From an uncultured Lachnospiraceae bacterium (GTDB lineage: Bacteria; Bacillota; Clostridia; Lachnospirales; Lachnospiraceae): DNA of 64,000 nt. Numbering within the stretch: position 1 is the first letter of the stretch; each line of letters starts with the position of its first letter. Below are positions 10,672-20,350 of this stretch, piece after piece. The position numbers and the translations under genes were made by a program. The notes under the pieces were generated by a model. It ran no database searches, was not told the DNA's origin, and saw only the letters and a list, made by a program, of their open reading frames with translations. The stretch covers positions 15,030-79,029 of the forward strand of contig CAYJHQ010000004.1 of assembly GCA_964369775.1 (NCBI GenBank). Reading direction: 5' to 3'.

Positions 10672-11277
10672 TTACGATATCCCTTTTATGATGTCTTTTG
10701 CCTTTATCTTTATTCTTTGCAATGTATTATCAATCACTTTAGGGCTTTTCCCTAAAAGTTTTCCTATGGTCTGGTAATCAATCCCTCTCATATGCAGATA
10801 GTAAACTCTGCTTTCAAGATCACTTAATCTAGCTTGTAGTGCTTCTTCAAATTGTTCTTGATACTCTTTCGATAAAATTACAGCCTCAGGATCTGCCTTT
10901 TGATCTTGCATCCCCTCTATCAAATCTAAATTTATTTCTTCTGCTCCATTTGAAATAGATACATAAGAATTTAGTGGTTGGTGTTTTTTTCTCCGCGATG
11001 CTGTAACCGCTGAATAAAGTTGCCTCGATACACACAGGTCGGCAAAACTCGAGAAGGACGCACCTTCTTCCACTTTATAATCTTGAATCGCCTTAAAGAG
11101 ACCAATCATTCCTTCTTGAATCAAATCATCATTCTCTCCTCCAAGAATAAACATGGCCTTCGCTTTTTTTCGAACCATATGCTTATATTTTTCCATGAGA
11201 AAGTCCATAATCTCACTTTCTCCTTCACGCAGACTAGCAATCAAATGCTCATCTGTCATTGTTTCATATGTCTTCAT
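10672..11277 (-). CDS. sigH: RNA polymerase sporulation sigma factor SigH
   Basis: 201-aa sigma-70 family region 2/4 protein. Sits in the conserved Firmicute cysE-cysS-mrnC-rlmB-sigH locus. Confidence 0.8.
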   Translation of the reverse strand: MKTYETMTDEHLIASLREGESEIMDFLMEKYKHMVRKKAKAMFILGGENDDLIQEGMIGLFKAIQDYKVEEGASFSSFADLCVSRQLYSAVTASRRKKHQPLNSYVSISNGAEEINLDLIEGMQDQKADPEAVILSKEYQEQFEEALQARLSDLESRVYYLHMRGIDYQTIGKLLGKSPKVIDNTLQRIKIKAKDIIKGIS

Positions 11278-11280
11278 ATT

Positions 11281-12027
11281 CTATCCTAGTCTCTGTCTTA
11301 AAATTTCATAGGCCAACACTCCAGTTGCTACTGATGCATTCAAAGAGTCTATATCACCTTTCATCGGGATGGAAGCTGTGAAATCACAAGTCTCTTTCAC
11401 CAAACGTCCCACTCCTTTTCCTTCATTTCCAATCACTAATCCAATAGAACCTTTCATGTTCACCTTGTACATAGAATCACCTTCCATATCTGCACAGACA
11501 AACCACATACCTCGTTCCTTCAGCTCTTCCATTGTTTTTACAAGATTTGTAACTTTCGCGACTGGCGTATAATTGAGCGCACCAGCTGATGTTTTTGCTA
11601 CCGTTGCCGTCAACCCAACTGCTCTTCGCTTTGGAATAATTACTCCATGTGCTCCACTTAAATTTGCTGTACGAATAATCGCACCTAGGTTATGAGGATC
11701 TTCGATATCATCTAGCAAAATTAAAAATGGATCTTCTCCCTTTTCTTTTGCTAAAGTAAACATATCTTCAATATCCGAATACTCATATGCTGCCACATAT
11801 GCAATCACCCCTTGATGGTTTCCAGTCTCAGATATCTGCGACAATCTCTCTTTTGGTACGAAATTTATAATCGTATCCACTTTTTTCGCTTCTCTTACTA
11901 TCGTTCTAATCGGTCCATCTTGGCATCCATCTAATACAAACACCTTATCTATTGGTTTTCCTGCTCGAAACGCCTCTATTACTATATTTCTTCCTTCTAT
12001 TACTAATGACTTTATTTCTTCACTCAT
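11281..12027 (-). CDS. rlmB: 23S rRNA (guanosine-2'-O)-methyltransferase RlmB (TrmH/SpoU family)
   Basis: SpoU methylase motifs (GLVIGNEGKG). Conserved position between mrnC and sigH. Confidence 0.8.
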   Translation of the reverse strand: MSEEIKSLVIEGRNIVIEAFRAGKPIDKVFVLDGCQDGPIRTIVREAKKVDTIINFVPKERLSQISETGNHQGVIAYVAAYEYSDIEDMFTLAKEKGEDPFLILLDDIEDPHNLGAIIRTANLSGAHGVIIPKRRAVGLTATVAKTSAGALNYTPVAKVTNLVKTMEELKERGMWFVCADMEGDSMYKVNMKGSIGLVIGNEGKGVGRLVKETCDFTASIPMKGDIDSLNASVATGVLAYEILRQRLG

Positions 12028-12482
12028 ATTTTACTTATCTCCTTCTCTTCCAATCCTTCTACTCCTATTTTTATTAATTCTACCAATCTTTTCCATTCTT
12101 TATTCAAATGTAAATATCCAACTAAAGCTTCAAATCCTGTCGCTCTTCGATAGTCTGTGATAGATTGATTCTTCGCTGTCGAAATAGATTTTGCATTTCT
12201 ACCTCTTTTATATACCTTTAGTTCCTCTGGCGTTAATATAGGTTGGATTACACGCATAATTGATGACTGTGCTGAAGCTTGTACATAAGTACTTGTCTCT
12301 TTATGTAGCTTTTGTACCTGTTTATTCCCCTCGCTTATAACAATTGTTTTAATGATGTAATCATAAACACAGTCACCTATATATGCTAATGTAAGAGGCG
12401 AATACGTTTGAACATCCACCTCTTTTAACGAAAATGTCTCTTGTATCAATTGATCTAATCGAAATGTTACGCTCTCGTCCAT
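12024..12482 (-). CDS. mrnC: mini-ribonuclease III
   Basis: 152-aa RNase III-like domain (AYIGDCVYD). Overlaps cysS stop and rlmB start. Confidence 0.75.
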   Translation of the reverse strand: MDESVTFRLDQLIQETFSLKEVDVQTYSPLTLAYIGDCVYDYIIKTIVISEGNKQVQKLHKETSTYVQASAQSSIMRVIQPILTPEELKVYKRGRNAKSISTAKNQSITDYRRATGFEALVGYLHLNKEWKRLVELIKIGVEGLEEKEISKI

Positions 12483-13873
12483 TTTACTCCTTCTCTTGTA
12501 TCTTTCAATACAATTCCCATCGCTAATAATTCATCACGAATCTCATCCGCCCGCTTAAAATCTTTATTCTTTCTCGCCTCTTGACGCGCCTCTATAAGTG
12601 CTTCAATCTCTCCATCTATACTTTCTTCTTTTCTCTGAACATTCACGCCTAAGATGTCTGCTAATCCTAGTACCGTATCACAGATTTTTTGAAGAAACTC
12701 TTTACTAGATTCTGCCCTTACATTTGTGTTACTAAATTTAACAATCTCAAAGATGCTTGAAATCGCATCTGCAGTATTGAAATCGTCCTCCATTGCTGAC
12801 TCATACTCTTTTACAAACTTTTCTAGAGTTACAAGTAGTTCTTTTTCTTCTGCTGTAGCTGTTTCAGTCGTTGCACTTCCTAATAAATCTTTAACATGTT
12901 CAACTGCTGTTATAATTCTTTCTAATCCAGTCTTTGAAGACTCCATTAAATCTGCACTAAAGTTAAGTGGACTTCTATAATGCGCACTAAGCATAAAAAA
13001 TCTCAATACATTCAGGTCATATTTTTCTTCTACTTCTCTTACTGTAAAGAAATTACCGAGTGATTTTGACATCTTTCTATTGTCTATATTTAAAAAAGCA
13101 TTATGCATCCAATATTTTGCAAATTCCACACCATTTGCCGCTTCACTTTGTGCGATTTCATTCTCGTGATGAGGAAATACTAGATCTTCTCCACCTGCAT
13201 GAATATCGATTTTTTCTCCTAAATATTTCTTAGACATCACTGAACATTCAATGTGCCATCCTGGCCTTCCATCGCTCCATGGAGATTCCCACGCAGGCTC
13301 ACCCTCCTTCTTAGGTTTCCATAGTACAAAATCAAGTGGATCTTCTTTTTCAGCTTCACCTGAGACTAAAAGAGTTCTTCCACCTGATTGTAAGTCATCT
13401 AAATTTTTATGAGATAACTTTCCATAAGTTTCAAATTTTCTAGTACGGAAATAAACTGTTCCATTTTTTTCATAAGCAAAACCTTTTTGAATCAACTCTC
13501 CAATCATCTCTACCATACCGCAAATCTCTAGTGTTGCTAGCGGATGTGTTGTTGCTGGCTTTACATTCATTGATTCCATGTCTTTTTTGCACTCAGCTAT
13601 ATATCTAGTGGAAATCTCGTCTGCTGATACACCTTCTTCAATTGCTTTCTTAATAATTTTATCATCTACATCTGTAAAATTTGATACATAGTTTACTTCG
13701 TATCCTTTGTACTCAAAATATCTGCGCACTGTATCAAATACAATCATTGGTCTCGCATTTCCGATATGGATTAAATTGTATACGGTTGGTCCACACACAT
13801 ACATGCTCACCTTTCCTTCTTCTACTGGAATAAACTCTTCTTTTGACTTTGATAATGTATTATATAATTTCAT
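12467..13873 (-). CDS. cysS: cysteine--tRNA ligase
   Basis: Class I aaRS motifs HIGN and KMSKS. Start moved to the MKLYNT ATG at 13873 (AAAGGGA RBS); the track start at 13900 lacks an RBS. Confidence 0.9.
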   Translation of the reverse strand: MKLYNTLSKSKEEFIPVEEGKVSMYVCGPTVYNLIHIGNARPMIVFDTVRRYFEYKGYEVNYVSNFTDVDDKIIKKAIEEGVSADEISTRYIAECKKDMESMNVKPATTHPLATLEICGMVEMIGELIQKGFAYEKNGTVYFRTRKFETYGKLSHKNLDDLQSGGRTLLVSGEAEKEDPLDFVLWKPKKEGEPAWESPWSDGRPGWHIECSVMSKKYLGEKIDIHAGGEDLVFPHHENEIAQSEAANGVEFAKYWMHNAFLNIDNRKMSKSLGNFFTVREVEEKYDLNVLRFFMLSAHYRSPLNFSADLMESSKTGLERIITAVEHVKDLLGSATTETATAEEKELLVTLEKFVKEYESAMEDDFNTADAISSIFEIVKFSNTNVRAESSKEFLQKICDTVLGLADILGVNVQRKEESIDGEIEALIEARQEARKNKDFKRADEIRDELLAMGIVLKDTREGVKWTRA

Positions 13874-14579
13874 ATTTCCCTTTCTCTTCGCATTCTTCAT
13901 TAATGTACTTTCGATCTGTATCGTGTAGACATCTGATGCGTGTTTCTAATTTTTCTATTTGTTTTTTTAATTGTTCATTGTCTTTGTGAAGCTGCCTCAT
14001 ATCGTTTAATACAGGGTCTGGCAATTGAACTTGATCCATGTTTTCTCTCGGTATCATCTTATCATCTCGCTTAACAATTCGACCTGGTACTCCTACAACT
14101 GTACAGTTAGGCGGTACCTCTTTTACTACAACTGAACCTGCTCCAATCTTTGAATTTTCTCCAACTGTAAATGAGCCAATTACTTTCGCTCCCGCACTGA
14201 CCATAACATTATCTTCAAGTGTTGGATGACGCTTTCCTGTTTCTTTTCCCGTTCCTCCAAGTGTTACACCTTGATATAACGTAATATTATTCCCAAGTAT
14301 AGCTGTCTCTCCTATTATCACTCCACTTCCATGGTCGATAAACAAGCCCTTTCCTATTGTTGCCCCAGGATGAATTTCTATTCCTGTTTTCCGAACAGCC
14401 CTCTGTGATACCCATCTTGCCCAAAAATAATGTTTTTTCACAAACAAATGATGTGCAAATCGGTAATGTAATATCGCCTTAAAACTAGGATATAACAAAG
14501 CTTCCATATCTGATTTGATCGCTGGATCTCGTTCTCTTATAATTTTTATCTCACTATTAATATACTTGATAATTCCCAT
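13860..14579 (-). CDS. cysE: serine O-acetyltransferase
   Basis: Left-handed beta-helix hexapeptide repeats. GGAGGTGA RBS before ATG at 14579. Confidence 0.85.
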   Translation of the reverse strand: MGIIKYINSEIKIIRERDPAIKSDMEALLYPSFKAILHYRFAHHLFVKKHYFWARWVSQRAVRKTGIEIHPGATIGKGLFIDHGSGVIIGETAILGNNITLYQGVTLGGTGKETGKRHPTLEDNVMVSAGAKVIGSFTVGENSKIGAGSVVVKEVPPNCTVVGVPGRIVKRDDKMIPRENMDQVQLPDPVLNDMRQLHKDNEQLKKQIEKLETRIRCLHDTDRKYINEECEEKGKYEII

Positions 14580-14595
14580 GAACTCACCTCCATTA

Positions 14596-14878
14596 CAGAT
14601 ATTAAAAAAGGATAGCATCATTCTCTCCTAGAGACGAATACTATCCGTGGTTCCACTCCTATTAAGGGATTTATCCCTTCACTTGCCAGCCTATAACGTC
14701 GCTACCCGTACTCAAATACTATATCTTTCCTTGAGTCAGCTCCCGAATGCACTTCACCAACCATTATTTCAAGAATGCTTTCAGCCTTTGACATTCTCTC
14801 TCTGATAAACTTTGATTAATTACTCTCTTCGTTCTATGCCTTTTCTATATAGTCAGTTTATGCAATAAATCTGTTTTT
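14596..14878 (-). promoter_or_regulatory. T-box leader (likely Cys-specific) of cysE-cysS operon
   Basis: Minus strand carries AATAGGAGTGGAACCACGG (T-box consensus AANNAGGGTGGNACCGCGG-like) around 14645-14663. Followed by terminator GGATAGCATCATTCTCTCCTAGAGACGAATACTATCC + T-run. cysES is a classic T-box target. Confidence 0.6.
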
Positions 14879-14884
14879 GTCAAG

Positions 14885-15856
14885 CTAGACAATTTCATTT
14901 ATTAAAATTTTCTTCTTTTCTAAACACTGCTTTGTCAACTCTTTAATTGATAAAGCCTTTTCTCGATCTATTTCTTTTTCCACTTTTTTAAATCCGCCAC
15001 CTGAATTTTTCTCATTTATATACACGCCTGTATTCTCAGTGAGGATTTCATCTATCACATGCACTTCAGCCGCTTCCATAAATTCATCCAAAAACGCTTC
15101 CATGTAAATTGGTCGAACCATTATCTTTGGTTTCTCTTCCTCGTCTAATCTCAAGTTAACATTCTTTTCTAATACCAGTTCTCTAACTTGTGCGTATCCT
15201 TCTTCTGCAAATAAAAAATACCCTCTCAACACTTGATCTTGCAATAAGATATAAATTCCTCCATGTTGACATTCTTGCTCTTTTATCAGTTTCCCAAAAT
15301 ATTGTGCAGTTCGAGTCGTGTATACTTCAAATTTTCGAGCAATTTTTTCCTGTGCAAACTGAGCTAATTCTATACAATCTTCTTTTGTAGCTTTTCGAAT
15401 TTCATATCCAGAAAATTGTGATTCTAACTGCAAAAAGAACTCTTTCTTTCCGATTTTATAGTGTGTTTGGTCCGAAACTGTCACAAAATCGAAGGGTTCA
15501 TAAATAGCTTCTTTTGCCGGCATCAGATAGGTAAACAACTCTCTCCTATCATACATATCTTTAAAGCTATTTTTTAGGAGCTGACGCATATAGCCTCTCC
15601 CTCTACATCTCTCTTTAGTCGACACTGCAACTATATAGTGTAATAGATACTGCTTTTCGTTTATATTCATTTGATATGGATTAAGGTGTAGCATAGAACA
15701 GATTTCGCCTTCTTCCTCTATTCCATAAATATAGTTATGTTTTGCAACTGATTGATAATAATAATCCAAAAACGCTTTTGTATCCTCTGCAAAAACTTCT
15801 TCCCATAATTCCCTCGTACCAGCATTCTCGCTTCTTGCTAATAATCTGCTATTCAT
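14885..15856 (-). CDS. GNAT-family N-acetyltransferase (Eis-like, C-terminal SCP2-like domain)
   Basis: GNAT motif ...RCRGRGYMRQLL... GAGGT RBS before ATG at 15856. Confidence 0.55.
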   Translation of the reverse strand: MNSRLLARSENAGTRELWEEVFAEDTKAFLDYYYQSVAKHNYIYGIEEEGEICSMLHLNPYQMNINEKQYLLHYIVAVSTKERCRGRGYMRQLLKNSFKDMYDRRELFTYLMPAKEAIYEPFDFVTVSDQTHYKIGKKEFFLQLESQFSGYEIRKATKEDCIELAQFAQEKIARKFEVYTTRTAQYFGKLIKEQECQHGGIYILLQDQVLRGYFLFAEEGYAQVRELVLEKNVNLRLDEEEKPKIMVRPIYMEAFLDEFMEAAEVHVIDEILTENTGVYINEKNSGGGFKKVEKEIDREKALSIKELTKQCLEKKKILINEIV

Positions 15857-15866
15857 AAAGATACCT

Positions 15867-16406
15867 CTATTTCTTAGGGCAACCTTTACAACCACCACAA
15901 TTCCCTTGCCCTGAAACCTCTACACTATTTTCAAATAAGCCTGCTATACTACAGATAGCTTGAGCCGCTATCCCTTCTTTTGCTCCTGTAAATCCAAGCC
16001 CTTCTTCTGTCGTAGCTTTAATATTTATTAACTCTACATCTATCTCCAACGCTTCTGCAATATTACTTCTCATCGCTTCTATATGAGGAGCCATCTTTGG
16101 ACTTTGTGCTACAATTGTCGCATCAATATTTTGCACAAGATACATCTTTTCTTCCAACTTTTTTCCGACTTCTTTTAGAAGTTCGATACTTGAAGCACCT
16201 CTGTATTTCTCATCTGTATCTGGGAAATGTCTTCCGATATCTCCCAACGCTGCTGCACCAAGTAACGCATCCATAATCGCATGTAATAATACATCTGCAT
16301 CTGAATGCCCCAACAAACCGTAATCATGAGGTATTTCTATGCCTCCTATGATTAATTTTCTATCTTTAACTAACTTGTGAACATCATAACCTAATCCTAC
16401 TCGCAT
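15867..16406 (-). CDS. ispF: 2-C-methyl-D-erythritol 2,4-cyclodiphosphate synthase
   Basis: [12 protein letters not shown]...[19 protein letters not shown] IspF signature. Unusual Cys/Gly-rich C-terminal tail [14 protein letters not shown]. Confidence 0.85.
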   Translation of the reverse strand: MRVGLGYDVHKLVKDRKLIIGGIEIPHDYGLLGHSDADVLLHAIMDALLGAAALGDIGRHFPDTDEKYRGASSIELLKEVGKKLEEKMYLVQNIDATIVAQSPKMAPHIEAMRSNIAEALEIDVELINIKATTEEGLGFTGAKEGIAAQAICSIAGLFENSVEVSGQGNCGGCKGCPKK

Positions 16407-16431
16407 ATACTCACCTAGACTTTCTAAATCC

Positions 16432-16743
16432 TTATTTCTCTTCTATTTCACTCTCGTTCGCTTTCGCTTCTAATTCTTTAGCTTCTGACACCTCTTCTGT
16501 TCCAGTCACTTCTTCAACTTCTTCTTGCGTATTATCATCAACTGTTGGAATCTGTAATAATTTCTTTGCTCTAAAAAAAAGAACTGTTCCTCCAAACACA
16601 ATAAAGATTGCACCAATAACTATAAAAAGAATGTAATTATCTTGTTTTTGTTCCAAAGCCCCTAATACTAGTTGAACTCCTGTGTACGCAAGATACCCAC
16701 CTGCTATCGCCATAATAACATCTCTTGACCTATTGTTCTCCAT
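16432..16743 (-). CDS. small membrane protein, acidic C-terminus
   Basis: 103-aa ORF with two TM helices and E-rich tail. Confidence 0.45.
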   Translation of the reverse strand: MENNRSRDVIMAIAGGYLAYTGVQLVLGALEQKQDNYILFIVIGAIFIVFGGTVLFFRAKKLLQIPTVDDNTQEEVEEVTGTEEVSEAKELEAKANESEIEEK

Positions 16744-16817
16744 TTTAACCTCCTCTGTTTGTCTTAAACTTTCTCTTGTATAGCAAAAAGAACCAACCTT
16801 TCGGTTAGTTCTTATAG

Positions 16818-16891
16818 TAGCGGAAACTGGATTTGAACCAGCGACACCACGGGTATGAACCGTGTGCTCTAGCCAACTGAGCTATTCCGCC
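16818..16891 (-). tRNA. tRNA-Met (anticodon CAT; elongator/initiator/Ile2 not resolved)
   Basis: 74-nt cloverleaf: D-arm GCTC-AGTTGGCTA-GAGC, anticodon loop TTCATAC, T-loop TTCAAAT. Confidence 0.75.
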
Positions 16892-16914
16892 AGAATACAC
16901 ATTTTTCAGTGTAA

Positions 16915-16987
16915 TGGGACCAACAGGGCTCGAACCTGTGACCCCCTGCTTGTAAGGCAGGTGCTCTCCCAGCTGAGCTATGATCCC
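16915..16987 (-). tRNA. tRNA-Val (anticodon TAC)
   Basis: 73-nt cloverleaf GGGATCATAGCTCAGCTGGGAGAGCACCTGCCTTACAAGCAGG...GGTTCGAGCCC. Confidence 0.8.
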
Positions 16988-17089
16988 ATGTTTGCGAGCT
17001 GCGTTTCCGTAACTCGCTTTGCTATTATACTACTGATTTTCAACAAATGTCAACACTTTTTTCACATTTTTTTAAACTTTTTAATTTTT

Positions 17090-19267
17090 TTATAATTTTA
17101 AGTTCTTTAACGCATCTGCAAACGCTGAATTTATAGGCTCTTCTACCTTGTTTTGTTTATTCAAATATTTTGCAACTTCTTTCTTTGAAACCCCTTTCCC
17201 TTCCTTTTTCCTTCTTTCTGTAAAGGAATCTAATTTTTCTTTATGACCACAAGTGTTGCAAACAAATTGTTGCCCATCTCCCTTGCCCCACAATTCTAAC
17301 TTCTTATGGCACTTTGGACACCTTGCATTAGAAGTTCTTGATATGGTTTCTTTATATCCGCAGGTGCGGTCTTGACAAGTTTTCATCGTACTATTCTTAC
17401 CTTTTACTAGTAACAGATATTTTCCACATTCAGGGCATTTCGTTCTTGTAATATTATCATGTTTGAATGTTCCTGCCGCTGATTTCACTTCTCCTGTCAA
17501 TAACTTCGCATATTCACTGATTTCTTTATTAAACTCCCTCTCATCAAGTTTCCCTTTTGCTATCATTGACAACTTCTTTTCCCATGATGCTGTCAACTCT
17601 GGCTTTTTCAAATCCACCGGCACTAACTCTAATAGTTGCTTTCCCTTTACCGTTATCGAAATTTCTTTTCCTTTTGCTTCTATTAAAAATGAATGGAATA
17701 GTTTTTCAATAATATCAGCTCTTGTAGCAACAGTTCCTAGCCCACCTGTTTCTCCTAATATTTTCACATCTTCTTTGTTACCATTTTCCATAAATTTCAT
17801 TGGATTTTCCATCGCAGTAAGAAGTGTTGCCTCTGTAAATCTAGACGGTGCGCTCGTTTTCCCCTCTGTTAGCTTCACATCATCTATCTTGATTTCTTCT
17901 CCCTCTTTTAGTTCTAAAAGCGAACTGTTTCCATCCCTTTTTTCTTCGTTATTTTCATACACAGCTTTCCAACCTAGATTCTTTGTCACATTTTTACTCG
18001 CTACAAATTGCTCACCCTTTGCCTCTAATACAACAGAAGTCTGGGCATATTCATAGGATGGATAAAGGACTGCAAAAAATCTCCGAATTACCAAGTCATA
18101 AATTTTCCGTTCTTCCACTGTCATCTTTTCTAGTTCTACATATCCTTCTGTAGGTATAATCGCATGATGATCACTTACTTTTGCATCATTTACAAAGCTT
18201 AATTCCCCTTTTAAACTGTTTTTCTTCGCAGTTTGTGCAAGCATTCTATATGGACCCACACTACAAGCTTCTAAGCGCTCTTTTATCGTTCCTATAATGT
18301 CAGAAGTTAAATATCTAGAATCCGTCCTTGGGTAAGTCAAAACCTTATGACTCTCATATAATCTCTGCATAATATTTAGTGTATGCTTTGCTGATAAATC
18401 ATATTTTTGATTTGCTTCTCTTTGTAGCTCTGTCAAATCATATAACTGTGGTGCTTGTGTCGTCTTATTCTTTTTGTTCACTGATTTTACAACAACTTGC
18501 CCTCCACTTATTTCAGCCACGATATTTTCCAACTTACTCTTTTGAAAACTTCTCATGCTTCCACTTTTTTTATCTTGCCACAGAAAATCACTTCCCTTGG
18601 CTGTAAGCGTGCAACCATAATAAGATTCAGGACTGAAATTACGTATTTCTCCCTCTCTTATGGCTATCATTTGAAGTGTAGGCGTCTGTACTCGTCCACA
18701 AGATAACTGTGCATTATATTTGCACGTTAATGCTCTTGTTGCATTCATACCTACTGCCCAATCCGCCTTCGCTCTACTTCTTGCTGCGCTGTATAAGTTA
18801 TTATATTCTTTCCCATTTTTCAATTTCAAAAAACCTTCTCTAATTGCTTTATCTGTTACCGATGAAACCCAGAGACGCTTCACATCTTTTTTGCAACCTG
18901 CTTTTTCAAGAATCCACCTAGCGACTAACTCGCCTTCACGCCCTGCGTCTGTCGCAATCACTATCGACGTCACATCTTTCCTCATCAACTGTGACTTTAC
19001 CATCTGAAATTGTTTCCCTGTTTTGGCAATCACCTGTAGCTTCCATTCTTTTGGAAGCATGGGTAGAACCTCCATCTTCCACTCTTTCCATGATTCGTCA
19101 TATTTTTCTGGAGGAGCTAATTCAACCAAGTGACCTAACGCCCATGTCACAATATATTGGCTACCTTCTAGTGCTCCATTCCCTATTTTTTTGTTACACT
19201 TTAAAACTCTTGCAATATCTCTTCCAACTGATGGTTTTTCCGCTAATACAACTATTTTATTTCCCAT
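17090..19267 (-). CDS. topB: DNA topoisomerase III
   Basis: 725-aa type IA topoisomerase (TOPRIM at N-terminus, active-site Tyr region, C-terminal zinc ribbons CPECGK/CPKC). AAGGA RBS before ATG at 19267. Confidence 0.85.
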   Translation of the reverse strand: MGNKIVVLAEKPSVGRDIARVLKCNKKIGNGALEGSQYIVTWALGHLVELAPPEKYDESWKEWKMEVLPMLPKEWKLQVIAKTGKQFQMVKSQLMRKDVTSIVIATDAGREGELVARWILEKAGCKKDVKRLWVSSVTDKAIREGFLKLKNGKEYNNLYSAARSRAKADWAVGMNATRALTCKYNAQLSCGRVQTPTLQMIAIREGEIRNFSPESYYGCTLTAKGSDFLWQDKKSGSMRSFQKSKLENIVAEISGGQVVVKSVNKKNKTTQAPQLYDLTELQREANQKYDLSAKHTLNIMQRLYESHKVLTYPRTDSRYLTSDIIGTIKERLEACSVGPYRMLAQTAKKNSLKGELSFVNDAKVSDHHAIIPTEGYVELEKMTVEERKIYDLVIRRFFAVLYPSYEYAQTSVVLEAKGEQFVASKNVTKNLGWKAVYENNEEKRDGNSSLLELKEGEEIKIDDVKLTEGKTSAPSRFTEATLLTAMENPMKFMENGNKEDVKILGETGGLGTVATRADIIEKLFHSFLIEAKGKEISITVKGKQLLELVPVDLKKPELTASWEKKLSMIAKGKLDEREFNKEISEYAKLLTGEVKSAAGTFKHDNITRTKCPECGKYLLLVKGKNSTMKTCQDRTCGYKETISRTSNARCPKCHKKLELWGKGDGQQFVCNTCGHKEKLDSFTERRKKEGKGVSKKEVAKYLNKQNKVEEPINSAFADALKNLKL

Positions 19268-19467
19268 AATCTTATCCTTATATTTTATATTTTTACAATC
19301 TAGCAAACTCCTAATTTCGACTTTCTTTTAGTCTCCTCTCCTAGTATATCAAAAAAAGAAGCTAATATGGGTCTTTTTGAATAAATTATTACATTGCATA
19401 ACCAAAATAATTATGTTATTTTGATTATATAAGGAAGTTAATTCCAAATAAGTTAGGAGGTAGTTCT

Positions 19468-20040
19468 ATGAATAGAACTGAATTAAAAGAAACCGCAAAG
19501 CAACAGATGAAAGGGAATATGTCTACTTTGATTATTTGCACGGTAATTGTTTCGCTACTACTATCGGCTGTATCGTCAACCGTGATTGGAACTTTGTTAT
19601 ATGGTATAGGTATGCTTGCCCTCGCTAATATTTTTCTAGGCATGACGTATGGAAAAACACCTAATGTAGAGGATTTATTCAATAATTCTAGTTTGTTCCC
19701 TAAAGCAATACTACTAGGAATCGTTATCGGGATTTTTGTTTTTTTATGGAGTTTACTATTTATAATTCCAGGCATAATAAAAGGAATCTCTTATAGCCAA
19801 GCATTTTATATACTATTAGAAAATCCAGATATGTCAACATTTGAATGTATCTCTGCTAGCAAGGAATTGATGAGTGGCCATAAAGCAGAATATTTTGTAT
19901 TGATGCTATCATTTATCGGATGGTATTTATTAGGCTTTGCTACATGTGCAATTGCTTTTATATACGTACAGCCTTATTTAGAAACTGTTAAAGCAAATTA
20001 TTACAGATACTTAATCTCTGCTCCACAAGTAAGCTATTAG
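19468..20040 (+). CDS. DUF975-like polytopic membrane protein
   Basis: 190-aa ORF with GGAGG RBS and 4-5 TM segments. Confidence 0.55.
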   Translation: MNRTELKETAKQQMKGNMSTLIICTVIVSLLLSAVSSTVIGTLLYGIGMLALANIFLGMTYGKTPNVEDLFNNSSLFPKAILLGIVIGIFVFLWSLLFIIPGIIKGISYSQAFYILLENPDMSTFECISASKELMSGHKAEYFVLMLSFIGWYLLGFATCAIAFIYVQPYLETVKANYYRYLISAPQVSY

Positions 20041-20101
20041 TATTGTCAAAAAGCAGTTATCGTAAGTTCTTGGAATCACTTATATTTCTCAGTATTAAAA
20101 A

Positions 20102-20131
20102 AAGCCTTGAAATTCAAGGCTTTTCGTAGGT
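20102..20131 (+). terminator. rho-independent terminator of DUF975 gene
   Basis: AAGCCTTGAA-ATT-CAAGGCTT hairpin followed by TTTCG. Confidence 0.55.
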
Positions 20132-20167
20132 TTTCGTAAGAAAACGTAATATTTCGTATTTTATACT

Positions 20168-20215
20168 TGATGCAGGAGATGGGACTTGAACCCACACAAG
20201 CAAAACCCTTATTTT
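20168..20215 (-). other. tRNA 3'-fragment (T-arm + 3' acceptor half); candidate att site of the integrated element
   Basis: Minus strand reads ...GTGTGGGTTCAAGTCCCATCTCCTGCATCA (T-loop and acceptor 3' strand), but no complementary 5' acceptor stem upstream. Sits directly beside the integrase. Confidence 0.5.
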
Positions 20216-20253
20216 AAAGGGTTTTCGCGTCCTTTCACACCTCCCAATTACAG

Positions 20254-20276
20254 ATGTGGGGCAAATGTGGGGCAAA
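20254..20276 (+). repeat. direct repeat TGTGGGGCAA x2 next to integrase (candidate arm-type site)
   Basis: atgtggggcaaatgtggggcaaag between the tRNA fragment and int. TTTCGTA x3-4 repeats at about 20123-20165. Confidence 0.3.
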
Positions 20277-20350
20277 GTTTCAAAAAAAAATCAAAAATGA
20301 ATTATTTTTTACACATATTATCAATGAATTATTTTAGGAGGATTTGATAA

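Noticed and set aside
17463-19269. + strand ORFs of 69-197 aa opposite topB
   Set aside because: Antisense to the topoisomerase III frame. Serine/phenylalanine-rich low-complexity translations typical of reverse-strand artefacts in AT-rich DNA.
20168-20260. Complete tRNA gene next to integrase
   Set aside because: Only the T-arm and 3' acceptor half are present. No complementary 5' acceptor stem and no canonical anticodon arm within 90 nt. Treated as an att-site fragment.
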